64,000 nt of DNA. Source: Paraspadella gotoi. Lineage: Eukaryota > Animalia > Chaetognatha. How positions within the stretch are numbered: position 1 is the first letter of the stretch; each line of letters starts with the position of its first letter. The stretch lies in the NCBI GenBank assembly GCA_051294375.1, contig CM119264.1, positions 11,906,263 to 11,970,262 on the forward strand, written 5' to 3'. The notes under the pieces were generated by a model, which worked only from the letters and a program-made list of their open reading frames with translations, searched no databases and was not told the origin of the DNA. Made by a program: the position numbers and the translations under genes. Positions 12,358 through 25,827 of the stretch are shown here, in pieces.

Positions 12358-13906
12358 TGAGAGAGAGATGACGAGAGAGAAGAGAGAGAGATGAGAGAGA
12401 AGAGAGAGAGAGAGAGATAGAGAGAAGAAGACGAGAGAGAGAGAGAGAGAGAGAGCCGAGAGGGTCGCTCGACATTGGCTTCATCGTCGGCCCGCTCNNN
12501 NNNNNNNNNNNNNNNNNNNNNNTTCCGAAACCTGCGCTCGACTTTGACAAAGAAGTCGGTTCGATTTCCGGAACTCGAGCCATTCCGGTTTTCCGGATCG
12601 TTTCATGACGGAAGAAAGTGAGTGGGTATTCAGAGGTTTGGAAAAGGAAGAAAGGAAATTGAGAGGAAAAAAGGAGAGAGAAAAAGAAGAAAGGACAAAA
12701 TCAAGAGATTGCAATCTTACGTGATATTTTCTTATTTCTTTCCTTATTTCACACTTTCACACCATTTTTATTATATTTTAATAATTTACGATTAAAAAAA
12801 GTGTTTTCGTGTGGTTTCCATATAATAAGATCGCCATTTCGGTCATCGGACCCGTGAAGCATCACAGTGTCCAGGGGTCCTGCATTGTATCTGTAGCGAC
12901 AATCCCAAGGTTCACCCTCAGTCTTTCTTTGGAAGCCTTCATGACCTCCAGCTACAGGGTTCTGTGCCAATCCGATACTGACGTAAATATCGCCGGATCT
13001 GCTTCGCAAATGTTAGTATATTACCCCCCCCNNNNNNNNNNNNNNNNNNNNNNNNNNNNNNNNNNNNNNNNNNNNNNNNNNNNNNNNNNNNNNNNNNNNN
13101 NNNNNNNNNNNNNNNNNNNNNNNNNNNNNNNNNNNNNNNNNNNNNNNNNNNNNNNNNNNNNNNNNNNNNNNNNNNNNNNNNNNNNNNNNNNNNNNNNNNN
13201 NNNNNNNNNNNNNNNNNNNNNNNNNNNNNNNNNNNNNNNNNNNNNNNNNNNNNNNNNNNNNNNNNNNNNNNNNNNNNNNNNNNNNNNNNNNNNNNNNNNN
13301 NNNNNNNNNNNNNNNNNNNNNNNNNNNNNNNNNNNNNNNNNNNNNNNNNNNNNNNNNNNNNNNNNNNNNNNNNNNNNNNNNNNNNNNNAAATTCCGCGAA
13401 AACGTCGCCATTTTTTTTTATTTTCGTCTCCTTCGGAAAAAAAAAAAGAATCGTTGCGAGACTCGTCCCGATTATCGTCATATTACTTTATTGCCCGGAC
13501 TCGGGGGATCGGGGGAAACCGAGCCACGGGGCCGGGGATTAGGGCTTAGGGTTTAGCCTCTTTCATCCGCCCTCTCTCCGTCGTCTGCTAAAATCTCTCG
13601 ACGCTTAGCAGACGCCCACTCGTCGCGCCGACTCGGCCACTAATTCCGATCCTGACCGACGCCTCCACATCGACGATCCCGCCACCTGTCCCCATGAAGT
13701 CGATTCCATCTCTCACCGACTCCATCTCTATCCTTACCTCCTGGCAAAGCCTCTCCTCTATCCTTCCATCCTGTCCATCCCCTTAATCCTCCATCCAGTT
13801 TTTCCCTCTATCCATATCTCTTATCTCCGTCGGGATCCGTCTCTCCGTCCTCGGTCCTTTCCCGTTTACGAACCGGAAACGTCATTTATCCCTCGAACGA
13901 TCCGAA

Positions 13907-13907
<1 letters not shown>

Positions 13908-13954
<47 letters not shown>
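13908..13954. repeat. (GGC)n trinucleotide repeat
   Basis: About 15 units; a (GCC)n tract also occurs at ~4660-4697. Confidence 0.95.
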
Positions 13955-15586
13955 TCGCTGTCGCTAACTAGGGCGCCAATTGCCGACGATTGTATTTCTA
14001 GGTAAATTATAATTCCTTCCATACTTTTCGTTCTGTCTGAAATAATTCTTGTCATTCAAGAAAAGAGCGAAAAATCTTGCGAGAGGAATTATTTATTATA
14101 GTCTATTATATTATTATTATAGTAAAACATTAAAAGTAACATTTGACAAATCGGCGCGATGAATACAACTAAACATAATAAAACGTTTATAACGAATAAA
14201 CGAAGCAAAACAGAACGAATCGCAGTTTTGACAATGACGTCGTCGTCGTCGACGCCGTCGCCGCCGCCGCCGCCGCCGCCGCGGCGTGAGATATGTCCTT
14301 CTCTATTTCCTTTCCTTTATGGAACACGAGGCTGTGAGATTGTGAGACTCTGAGACTGTAAATGTAAACGATCTTTACATTTTATCAGTGCCTTTTTTCT
14401 GCTCTCTTCCTTCTTCGCTCACACTGACGATTACGTTGATAAAAAATTTTTTTTGAGAAATCTGTTGTTATATTTTAATGACAATGTTAAAAATTTACAT
14501 CGCTCCCAGAATCGAAGAAAAATAACCGTTCTCTTCTGTCCGTTTGTCCCTCTGTTCCATTCATTCGGTACATTTAATCCTTCTTCATTCTCCTGCATAC
14601 CTTTAGTCTTTTCGTCGGAATACCTCAACTTTAAATTAAAAAAAAAACCACACGAAACTGGAAGCAACAAAGGAAGAGAGAGAGAAAAAAAATAAAGAAC
14701 CGAGAAAGAGAGAGAGAAAAAAAAAAGTACAATAAATTACTGGCTTCGGCTTTTCCACGCCTTCTTTTGTGTTTAGTTAGGAGAAGCGAAATTTACGAGA
14801 CCTGGCGCGAGGAAAGACGGTGTGCTTTATTATTCTTTCTGCGTTTACTTTTCTTTCCCTTTTTTTTTTCATTGTTCCGCTCGCTATTTCTCTCTTTTTA
14901 AAAAATACGTCTGCTCTGAGAGTCCGTTTCACCCCGACCCTACCCGACATGTTGATTCCCTTTCCCTACCTTACCCTAGTCTCATCACGACCGCGGCCCC
15001 TCCCCTTGCAGTCAGCAACGTTCTTTGTTTCTTCGAGTTTTTTTTTCGCAATCTCGAACGCCACAATCCTGTCTGATTTATTTTTTGACTCTCCTTCACT
15101 TGGTTTTCGCTTAACTTCTCTTCGCCTCGTTCATCGTAACCTCAGTCTGTTATTTTTTTTAAACCATTCGAAAGAGCGACTTTCCGATAACCCTCATCAT
15201 ATCCACGACACCACTCACGCACTCGACACCCAACAGCCCGACCCCCAACACCCCCTCCGACTCCTAAATCCTCACCCAGCCCCCCAGGCCCGTGACCCGG
15301 ACCCGATGACCCGCGCGGCTCGAACCGTTGTTACCCTTCGGGCGTGAAAACGCGCGAGCGAAGACCGTGACGTCATAAAACCATTCCGGTCTCTCCTCGG
15401 AGTCGAAGACGACGACTCTGGGTGAGAGAAAAGGGGGGGCGGGGGGAGGGCGTGGAAGACTGGGTGATTCGTCGTTGATCGACGAACGGAGAGAAAGAAA
15501 CACAACAATTGATTCTGTATACAAAATAGCGTCGATTTTTAAACCATTACGATGCAAAGCGGAACGAAGCTAATGCGGACCAGACA

Positions 15587-15598
15587 GCGGCCATCTTG
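15587..15598 (-). promoter_or_regulatory. YY1/Pho-type site CAAGATGGCCGC
   Basis: Close match to the YY1 consensus in a CpG-rich patch, with a TGACGTCA (CRE) at ~15368. Motif match only. Confidence 0.25.
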
Positions 15599-17082
15599 AA
15601 TTATCGACAGGCGACGAGAATTCGATATCGACGACATAAAGTGACAAAAGCCATCGGTCGCTTCTTTCGATCATTTCTCTTTTCAATCCACGATCCTCGA
15701 TGGATCGAGTTTAGAGCTAACTTTTTATCCTTAATCACATATTTATTATTTCCTTAAGGATGAAATGGGAAATAGTGCGAGGCCTGAATAGGGGGAGGAA
15801 CCGAGCATAAAAGAGGAAATTGCGAAAAAAAAGAGAAATGAGCGAAAGGCGTTTTCTAATCGGGGCTAAAAATGCGGATGCTATGAGGCATAAAATCTTT
15901 TAGGCATAACTGCTACTGTACATTTGTACAACCTTCGGAACCCCTTGAACGGTCTTTTGAAGTATCATCAGGGTAGTTCATTTTTTATTTATTTTTTTAC
16001 TTTTACTTTTAGACAAAACAAATTTAACAAGTATTTTTTTAGGTTTAGCATAAAGATCATCTTATGTATCCTTGTATAAATCAAACTATCCACTATCTAC
16101 ATAGCTAGTAAGCGAATCAGAAAGAAAGACAGACGGACCGACTATAAAAGCAACTTATCGACTCTTCTTTCCAATGAATAAAAAGATAAAAAAAAACAAC
16201 TAACGATGGAAAGATACGTAAGAAAAAGCGAAAAAAAAGTAGCAAAAATACGATGAAAGAAGCAAAAAAAAGTGTACGAAAATTTCTGAGAGTTAAATAC
16301 GAGAGAAAAAAACAAAAACTGAAAATAGAAGAAAGAAAAGAATCTAAATGTAAACTCGATAAAAATGGATAGAAANNNNNNNNNNTATTTTTTTTTCCGG
16401 CTAAAAACGAGAGAAGCGACTCGAGTTTTCGTTTTCAGAGCCTTTGCATTTCCCTTTTCCAAACTGCCGCCGCTATCGCTCTGCTTTCCCCCCCCTCTTT
16501 CCGCTAAAACGCGATTTATCAGAGTTGAACGAAAATGAAGGTGGGGGAGAGTAGAGGGAAAAGGGAAGGAAGAAGAGCAGACGCTCTCTCGCGTTTGGTC
16601 GGTTGCGTCGCGCGGAAATCTCATCATTTACCTCACCTTTTACGCGTTGCACTTTGAAAAGGCGCGGAATGAAATCCGCCGACGAATTTATCGTTTTCTG
16701 TAAATCAGGTTTCGCGTCTGAGCTTAGTTCTTGAGGCTGGTCTCGCTATGGAACGAAAGATGAGTCAGAGCCTTGATTTTTATTGAGATGTTAGAGACTG
16801 TTTTCATTTTTGTTTCCGTCATCTTGTTAGAGTTATTGCATTATAATTCAAAATAATAGTTGATTCGGAAATTTATATTGACACTATTCGTAACATTCAA
16901 ATTCTTTCTGTGACGATAATAAAGCTGTCTTAAAAAGTCGATTTATACAACCCGAACCAAAACACTAACGGAATGAAAATTGACAATTGGAAACGCAAAG
17001 CGGAGGACGCCAACGACTATAAAAGCGTCCTAAAAAGACAGAGGGCGGTGCGACTTTGCCTTCTTATTTCTACTCACTCTCT

Positions 17083-17134
<52 letters not shown>

Positions 17135-17355
17135 TTCTCTCCTCTCCTCTCTCTCTCTCTGACACTTTTTTTTTTACTTTTCTTTTCTTTTTTTATTTCA
17201 TTTCTTCTCCTGCCTTTGCCGATTTCTCGTCTGCTCTCTTTCTTTTTCTCCTCCAGGTCGCGCGACGCTTCCTTCTTTTCTTCTTCCTCTTCTTCGTCTC
17301 CTTCTCCTTCTACTTTTCGCCAATAAGAAATTGACGTCTCCATTGTTTCACCCAC

Positions 17356-17421
<66 letters not shown>

Positions 17422-20400
17422 TCTCTCTCTTCCTCTCCCTTTTTTCTTTACGTCGGCGTCTCGTGGTCTTCCGACTTATTTTCTTTTTCATTTTTTCCTC
17501 CTTCTTGTCTTTTCCATTAGTTTCAGCACAACTTGGCTAATGAGTCAAAAGAGAGAGAATGATTTCTTTCTGCTTTTGACTGAGGACGATCCCGAGACGG
17601 AATCCATTTTCCTTTGAATCCTTTTCATTCTCCCTTTCTCCCCCCCCCCCCCTCCGTCCTTTTTTCCTTTTTTTCTCGTTCGGTCTTTGTTTCTTTTTTT
17701 TTGTTTCTCTTTTCTTTTTTTTTTTTGTTTATTTGTGTACTGTCGTACGAGCGTATCATTGAGATCCCCTTTTGCAAACGGCTTTTTTCTCCCTAATTCT
17801 CTTTTTCACTAATGGTTCACCAAGCCGAGAACTTCTTCCATTTTGCTATCTCGTCGCTAATCATTCTGCATGACCAAACGCTAATCATGGACGTAAAACA
17901 AAAATCTTTTTTTTTGAAAAAAAAAATACGGAATTTATCTTTGGAATCGAATTTCTAATTAGTTTTAAAACAATGAGAAATAAAAAAATTTAAAAAACTT
18001 AAATTGAAAAGACTAACGTTTTTCACTCGGTTTCCTTTATCGACTTTTTTTTTTCATTTCTTTCTCCTTTACACTCATGATTTTATCTTTTTTTTATCCG
18101 CTTTTCTCACTTTTTTATGTAACTTATTTTCTTATAGTTTCACATTTTCTTTTTCCCATGATTTTCTTTCTCCTTGCCGAGAACATTTTCAATTTTCTCC
18201 TTCAACAGAGCACGGTAACTAAAATTCATAGGGTAAAGTTGGCTTTAAAAAAAAATATTGCATGCGCAAAGAAAGGGAAAAAAAATCTTTCCGATTCCTT
18301 GTGATTATTTAAACGCAAATTTAGCTTTACCCCCCACAACAAAAAAAAGAGATAGAAACCGCCCCTTTTCCAAGTTGCAATTCTTTCGCTTAATTTTTTT
18401 TTACTTTCTCATCGTTTAAACATTTTTGTAAAGAATAAATTAAGTTTTTTTTACCGGAAAAAAACTTTCACTGAATAAGATTTCGAACCAAATATACGTC
18501 TCCACTGTCTTCAGTGAGACGATAAAATGTACCTCAACCAGAGCGAAAAAAATCCTTTTCCTATTTCACAGTTTCGACTCGAACGACTTCTTCTGATTAT
18601 TTACTCATTTTTTTAAAACGCTTATCGAAAATTTCTATAAAATCTGTTAATCGTTTATCGTTAATTCGTCGTCCTTGTCATTCGACAATTCTCTTTTTTT
18701 TTTCTGTAAAGAGAAAGAAAAGAGAATTCTCCGATGATATTCTTTGTCTTTGCTTCAAAAGTCACAGTCATATTCGTTTATTCTCGTGAGTAGTGACATT
18801 CAATGTTTATTTACTATTTTCATTCGTCCCTTTTTTACTATTACGTCTGAAGAACTTATCTCTTTTTTTCCATGTGACTTAACCCTCTCACCCTCTCGCC
18901 CGCTCATTCGCCGGCTTGCCCGCTCTCCTGCTCGCCCCGCTCGCCAGCTTGCCCGCTCGCCCCGCTCGCCCCGCCCTGCCCGCTGACCTCACGCCATCTC
19001 CCGTTTAACCTCCTTTCCATAACAAAATCCAGGATCACGTCGTCCGCCTCGAGATTCGAGCTCCGCGCATTTTATATGGGGAAAGGCGCATATCCGAAAC
19101 GGCGNNNNNNNNNNTGGTTTTTGGCGTCGACGAAATCGACGTCAACTTTGACCCCGAATCACTGGGCCTCTTTCTTTTCTCTCTTCGCTTATCCGAACAG
19201 AAAAAAAAACTTTGCGAGATTTTCTTTCTTTTTTTTAAAAAAAGTTTCCTGGGAACAATATATTCAAATTTGTGGTGTAAGCCTTTTTTGTGTCAGGTAC
19301 ATGGCCTGCTGCAATGCTTTTCAATCCCGAAAATGGCGTTGTTTGTCAATAGATTAATTAATCTTTTTTTGAATGCTCGACGGATAAAATTATCGAAAAA
19401 AGTTTACTCGAATCTCGCGCAATTTTTCATTTTAACTTTCTTTCCATCTTTACCCGGTCGCGCACATTATCTGGTCCCGTCATCCGTTTTCAATATTTTC
19501 CGTCTTCTCGCGGGAAGAATGTCTCCCTCAGCCTATTATAAGTAAGAAGTATTTTTTTTTATCTACTTTTATCACAAGTTTGTAAGATTGTTCTCTTTTC
19601 ACTCTGGCGATGTCGAGCGTTCGACATGAGTTTCAGATAAGAACCTTGCGAATTGAATATTCAAACATATATTTTCTCATAGGTTTTCACCGAGTTTATA
19701 AAATTTTAAATTAGAACAAAACTAATTTATAAAAAATCTATCTTACCTTGAGAAACACGGGCTGATTGACCGAACAGTTAAATTTTAGGTACAGAGAGAG
19801 AGCGAGATATCGATTAATAAATATCTAAAATGATTAGGGTGAGGCATTAACTTAGTAAACTAGCATTCACATCTAAGCAGATCACCTTTAAATTTCACTT
19901 ATCCAGTATCCCACCCAGGTGTCGGTATAAAACAGCTTTACAAGGTTTCATCGTAAAAGCCAATTTATTAGCCGCCATTTTGTGTTTGATTCGCTAAAGA
20001 AAATTTAAAGCTTTAAACTTCAACCCTATCCGCCATGCAGTATTCAGTATTCAGTATTCAGCTATCCTCCAGTGCTGTCTTCGGCAATTCTCTACTCATC
20101 CCCCGATTATGCTCCCGACTCCCGCATTTTCTCGCCAACGCCGCCCTCGCTTCCGGCGTCTTGTTTGGCCCCGGCGTCGTTCGACAATCGACGATTTTGT
20201 CGCCGGTCATTAGAGCGTGAAGTCGAAGGGAGATGAGAAGGAAGAAGAGCGTGAGCGAGGTTGAGAAATGGGACAAATGAAGAGGAGAAAAGGAATGAAT
20301 TCAAATTACTGGTAAATGAGGAAGTTGATGTAGACGTGGTCAATAACTCTGATGACGGTTACGGGGAAAACGAGTCTCTTTCAGTTTTTGCCTTTACTTC

Positions 20401-21887
20401 TTGCACAATGTTCATTGTATTCAAAGTAAAGGATAAACTATTTGAATAACAAGTTATCTTGCTGGTGGGACTGATGTGGTAAATGAGCGGAACAAGATTA
20501 ATGAAGCGAATGAGGTAGTTGAAATAGGATAAGATAAGGCAGACCAACTTGTGGTTCTACTAGATTTTCGAAGAGTTAAAGCGCAGCCGCGTGATCGAGA
20601 AAAGAAGAAAAGAAAGATGACGAGGACGAGTTGAGATGAAATCCAAGTAGAAGATGAAAGAAACGAAAGAAGACGAAGCGAACGAGGTCGATCAGACTCC
20701 TGGTGATTATTTGGAGGAAAAACGATATCGGAGCCGCAACAAAAGAATGGAGGAGGAGGAGGAGGAAGAGGAGGAGGTGGAAGAGGAGGAAGAGGAGGCC
20801 CCGGCAAATTAGAATTAATATCGGAAAAAGGGAACAATTAACATGCAAAACGGAAGTTGCCGAAGGCGGTGACGTCTTTAAGGCTTCGGGGGGGGGGAGG
20901 CGGAAGGGTTTGGTCGGCCTGGATTCTTGTTGTTGTTGTCCTCTTCTATTTGTTGAGGTTAACGAATCTGTTGTTATTGTTATTATTTGCTGTATTTGTC
21001 TTTTTCTCGATCGCCTGACGACTACAGGTGATATCGGGATCCTTTTAAAAAGATCCTCACTAGAATTAAGCGAATGAAGATGATTAGGAATTGAGCCTGT
21101 GCTTAGTAAAAAAAAACAACATTTCCATTGAAAAAACAAAAACCTATAAACTTTAAATTTAGGTGTTTTGACGTAAAAAAAGGAACTTGATTGCGGTAAT
21201 GTAATTCGAAATGCAACCGTCCTCATTGCCGTGATATTGGTGCTTTAATTCACTAATTTTATTCCCGAGCCAGTTTTTATTAATATCTTGCTTCCGTTTA
21301 TTATCAGTTGTTATCCCGCTCAGGGTTTCGGACCAGCAGTGACCACACCATGTCAATGCATGTCCAAGCCAAAAAAAAAACCAAAAAAAACGGGACGAGC
21401 TGAGTTTCAACAAGCTATACGGGAGGCGAATTTAGGATTCGTCACAACATATAAATTATGTAGTGTTATTTGAGATTTTGATAGTTTTAAAAATGTTTTA
21501 CATTTATTTTTCTACCTATTTGAAGAACTGTCAGTTATTAAACTGCTTCGAGAGACTGAAGTTTCGTAATCAAATTAGAATCCGACTTTTGCAAATCTTC
21601 GGGTTTCTTGACGTTTTTCTCATCTCGCGTTTTCTTTCTTTTATTTTTTTGTTTGGTTTGAACGCCTGTTTTCTTTTAGCCTGCAAAGCCCGAGCGGATA
21701 TCAAAAGGATAATGTTGATTGGCAAGAAAACAAATTTCACTGGCATTCCACGAACCAAAATCTTAGATTTTTTTTTTTTTTTTTTGGAAAGAGGCTTAAG
21801 GAGCTCGGGGTTTTTTTTTCGTTTCCGAGAAAGCCTATATATTTTTACTATTTAATCTTAGACTAACCCCTGGTACATTTCGAACAG

Positions 21888-21944
21888 GGCGATGTAACAA
21901 CGAATTCACTTGATCTCAGCGGAAGGCGAACTACATTAACCAGA
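21888..21944 (+). CDS. Candidate exon of an uncharacterised plus-strand gene
   Basis: Branch-point-like GACTAAC at 21861, cag| acceptor and |gtaact donor. GDVTTNSLDLSGRRTTLTR, phase 0 to 0. Confidence 0.25.
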
Positions 21945-22089
21945 GTAACTTGTGACACTTGCCAGTTTTACTATCGGTTCCTCCTTTCAATGTAAATCCC
22001 CCTTTCGCGACTCCTTTGATAAATGAGCCGAAGGGACGGGGAACGCGTCCGGGTCACGAATATCTTTTCAGAACTCGTTTCTCTCTCTC

Positions 22090-22130
<41 letters not shown>

Positions 22131-22456
22131 AGACTTTTAATCAAAAAATTACTTCAATAAAAAAGATAATTTTTTATTTGGCCATCGGTTTTTCACGCAT
22201 CGACGCCCCCGCGATCGTCCTTTCGACCTTTTCCTCTTTCTTCATTCCTTCTTAAAAGTCATTCTCTTCATTTTTCTTCTTTTCATATTAATCTTTCTTC
22301 ATGTCCTGCTTTCTTCGTTTTAGTTCTTCAGCCTCCTTCTCTCTCCCCTCTTTCCATTTTCGATACTTCGTTCAACTTTTCGATTTTCATCTAAACGGTA
22401 CAACAAATATAAAAATTATCCTTTCATTCAATAAATAAACAAAAATAACATAGCAG

Positions 22457-22545
22457 GACCCTGGAAGCTTTCGATCGAGGCTCTCTCACAGTCTTGTTTA
22501 TTCACTCCCAGAGTACCTGGCTTCCCTATCAATGAAGGGACATAA
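22457..22545 (+). CDS. Candidate exon of an uncharacterised plus-strand gene
   Basis: cag| ... |gtaata, with a weak polypyrimidine tract. DPGSFRSRLSHSLVYSLPEYLASLSMKGH(K), phase 0 to 2. Confidence 0.2.
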
Positions 22546-23587
22546 GTAATATTTCAAAGAATTTGTTTTTTTTTTCATTCTCCAATGCTGTCCTTCTTAT
22601 ATTTTCATCTTTCTTATCTCTCGCTCTCCTATTTGCATGTTTTTCTTTTCATATTTTCGTCGTATCCATCTTTCCTCTTTCCATCTTCCTTATTTACATC
22701 CTTTTTTTTTGCCATCTTTTCCCCTCCATCTTTCTTCATTTTTTTCTTTCAGATTTTACGATATTTTTCTTCTTTTTTCTTTTTTTTTCCCCTTTTTTTT
22801 CGGTCGCTTTCATCGGAGCCTCGTTTCTTTTAAAATTTCCCGTCCCAGACTCGTTTCCTCCGCACATTCGACCTCATCCTATTTCGACCCTATTTTCACA
22901 TAAACCCCTGTACCACATCTAAGCTTTTTTCCAAATATGCTGTCTATCCTTGTCCACTCTCTTCCTATTCATATATACCCATAATACAAGTTTGATATCT
23001 GCAGCTAACGCTTACACACATACCCTCTGTGCGCAACTGCTAATACTCCTTTTCCAAGAATTGTTCTCTAACCACAGAATACCCTGTTCCCACATATATG
23101 TCCAATTAACACATATTTCGTTCTCTCACATCTGCCCTTGGGCAAATTTTCTCATCTGTTTTCTCTCTTATTGTTGAAGCGGCATTAAACATCTGTCGCC
23201 CTTACGCCCCGCCCACTTATATATTTTTGGACATTTTTTCCCTGGTTTACTCATCTACTCCGAATTTTACACGCAAACCTCCGCCCATTTATCCCATTCT
23301 TTCTCTCGGCCCCTCACTTCTCTCCCTCGCTCACCTCCCCCCCCCCCCAGACACCATTTCGAAGACTCACCCGCCCCTAAAAATTCCGAGGTCGCTCGTT
23401 CCCCCAACCGCCACTCACCCAACCCGCCCTACCAATCCGGGCCACCTTCCGCCCGCATCGCCGTCCGCCCACCCATAAACCCCTTTCATCCCGATTCACC
23501 AAAATGGGCGAGGAGGAAATAATCCATTCATTACGAGATTTTTTTGAAGAAAAGCGCAGTTATCTCTTTTCGCCAGGGGTTGAGGGA

Positions 23588-23677
<90 letters not shown>

Positions 23678-24865
23678 AGAGAGAGAAGAGAGAGAGAGAC
23701 GGTGAATGGGAAAGTTGAAAAAGAAAAATGGCTTGAAGCTAAAAGTTTGACTTTTCATCTTTTTTTTTTTCGCTTGAAATAAAAATCCAAGTGTTTTCAG
23801 GGAATCAAAATTTTGACGTATCGGACAAAAAGACAAAAAAAAATTAAATAAAATAAAAATCCAATTTGAGAAAATTCAGTTCGATTTGCTTTTGCTTTTG
23901 TTTTTTTGTTGTTTTTTTTGCAAATTTAAAAAAAAATATTAAATTAACAAATACCAGCTTTACGAGAGAAAAAAATTGATGTCATGAACGGCTTTTTTTT
24001 TCGTGAAGAAAAAGATGGCTCAACATCGAGAACGAGGAGAGAGAGGGAGAGAGAGAGAGAGAGAGAACGGAGGAGGAGGAAGAGGAGGAGGAGGAGGAGG
24101 AGGAAGACGAAGGGAGATTGAAGAGGAGGAGGAATGGCATGGTGCCCGTGATTCCTCGCCACGTATTTGGTTGACGAGTCAGTTTTTCGAAAGTCTCTTA
24201 GTTTTGTTTCTCGATTTGGTTTTCCTCTCTTTAGAGAATTTGTAATATTTATATTGTTTTGTTTTTTTTAAATAACGTGTTTTTTTTTCGCTTCCTTTTC
24301 TTCCTCCTAATTTATCTTAAGATTTTTTACTCCCCTCTTAATCCTTTTTCTTACATTTCTTCCTTCTTTTCTCTTTCTTTTCGAATTTTTAACTTTTCTA
24401 GCCTGACAACGTTATCTTTCTTGAATGAATAACAAACACAACTGATATATTCCCTTTTGCAACGCAACGTCAAGGATGTTTTTTTTCTTATCCGGAATAT
24501 ATACTTGTCATCTCATAACTCATCTTTACATAGTGAATACGAGTCATAGAAATCAAAGACAACATACGTAATACAGTAGAAGAGAAATGAGAGAAAGAGA
24601 GAAAGAGATTGAGCAAGAAAGAGAGAGAGAGAGAGAGAGAGNNNNNNNNNNNNNNNNNNNNNNNNNNNNNNNNNNNNNNNNNNNNNNNNNNNNNNNNNNN
24701 NNNNNNNNNNNNNNNNNNNNNNNNNNNNNNNNNNNNNNNNNNNNNNNNNNNNNNNNNNNNNNNNNNNNNNNNNNNNNNNNNNNNNNNNNNNNNNNNNNNN
24801 NNGAGAGAGGCAATGACTGTCGAATTTCTGGGCACCGGCTAACCTCCATTATCTTTCTTTCGCAG

Positions 24866-25009
24866 AAAGGATGGAGGTAGTTCAGTTTTGGGTTGCAGGG
24901 ATTTTTGCTCCAGAGTAAGTTCCTCCCCCTTTTGGGTGGGTGAGTTTCCCCGATTTTCCCATCTCCAAGAATCTCGCGTCTTCGTGTAAAGGTCGCCTAA
25001 CAAAGATTG
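24866..25009 (+). CDS. Two candidate small exons (24866-24914 and 24970-25009) with a 55-nt intron
   Basis: Acceptor tctttctttcgcag| and two consensus GTAAGT donors. KDGGSSVLGCRDFCSR-NLASSCKGRLTKI(V) in frame. Confidence 0.35.
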
Positions 25010-25349
25010 GTAAGTGCACCCCCGTTTTTTTTTCCCGCCGAGAAGATCATAGTTTTTTCCCCCTTCGATTGTGTTCGTTTGTTTGTTCCAAACTTACCCC
25101 CCTTTCCCCGTATCCACCAACCACCCGTCTTCCATCCCCCCTACCCCAAGACGCCACCTTCTCGGGCGCGAGGTCGGAAAGAAGGTTCTCCATAGAGGAA
25201 GAACCAAAGTCGGAAGAACCGGAGAACGTTTAGTGCGTTCTGCCCTGCCAAGCTATTTTTATTCAGAAAATGTCATTCGAGTCATTAGAAATAAACAAGT
25301 CACCGAAACAAGCAAACCTTGCGGTCGTCGGCCGAAATATCGAACTCCA

Positions 25350-25410
25350 TGAAGCCTAGTGGGTTGTCTTTTCGATCGTTCGGTCAAATGATCGGGGGTT
25401 CGATCCGTGG
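25350..25410 (+). mobile_element. Possible tRNA-derived SINE remnant (Pol III A/B boxes)
   Basis: AGCCTAGTGG (A-box-like) about 45 nt before GGTTCGATCC (B box); no cloverleaf. Confidence 0.3.
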
Positions 25411-25827
25411 ATCCATCGAGACGTCGCTTCTCACAAGATTCACTTCCTTATGAAAAAAAGACGGGGGAGTCGGGGACGTGAAAGGCGAGAGGAAAATTTT
25501 ATTGACGTCGTGAAGAGTGAGAAACGGAAGTGAGTTACGGCGTCGATCGGCGTCGGTCACGCGACGTCACGATGACGATGACGATGACGATGACGACGAN
25601 NNNNNNNNNNNNNNNNNNNNNNNNNNNNNNNNNNNNNNNNNNNNNNNNNNNNNNNNNNNNNNNNNNNNNNNNNNNNNNNNNNNNNNNNNNNNNNNNNNNN
25701 NNNNNNNNNNNNNNNNNNNNNNNNNNNNNNNNNNNNNNNNNNNNNNNNNNNNNNNNNNNNNNNNNNNNNNNNNNNNNNNNNNNNNNNNNNNNNNNNNNNN
25801 NNNNNNNNNNNNNNNNNNNNNNNNNNN

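Noticed and set aside
12810-13031. GC-balanced island that could be an exon or TE fragment
   Set aside because: No recognisable motif in the frames read, no clear splice pair, and it is truncated by a gap.
13600-14000. Stop-free stretch ending near a possible donor (tag|gtaaat)
   Set aside because: C/T-rich and GGC-repeat composition explains the lack of stops; no motif.
20058-20276. 72-aa minus ORF with a signal-peptide-like start
   Set aside because: It starts at TTG, and the hydrophobicity comes from a CT-rich tract.
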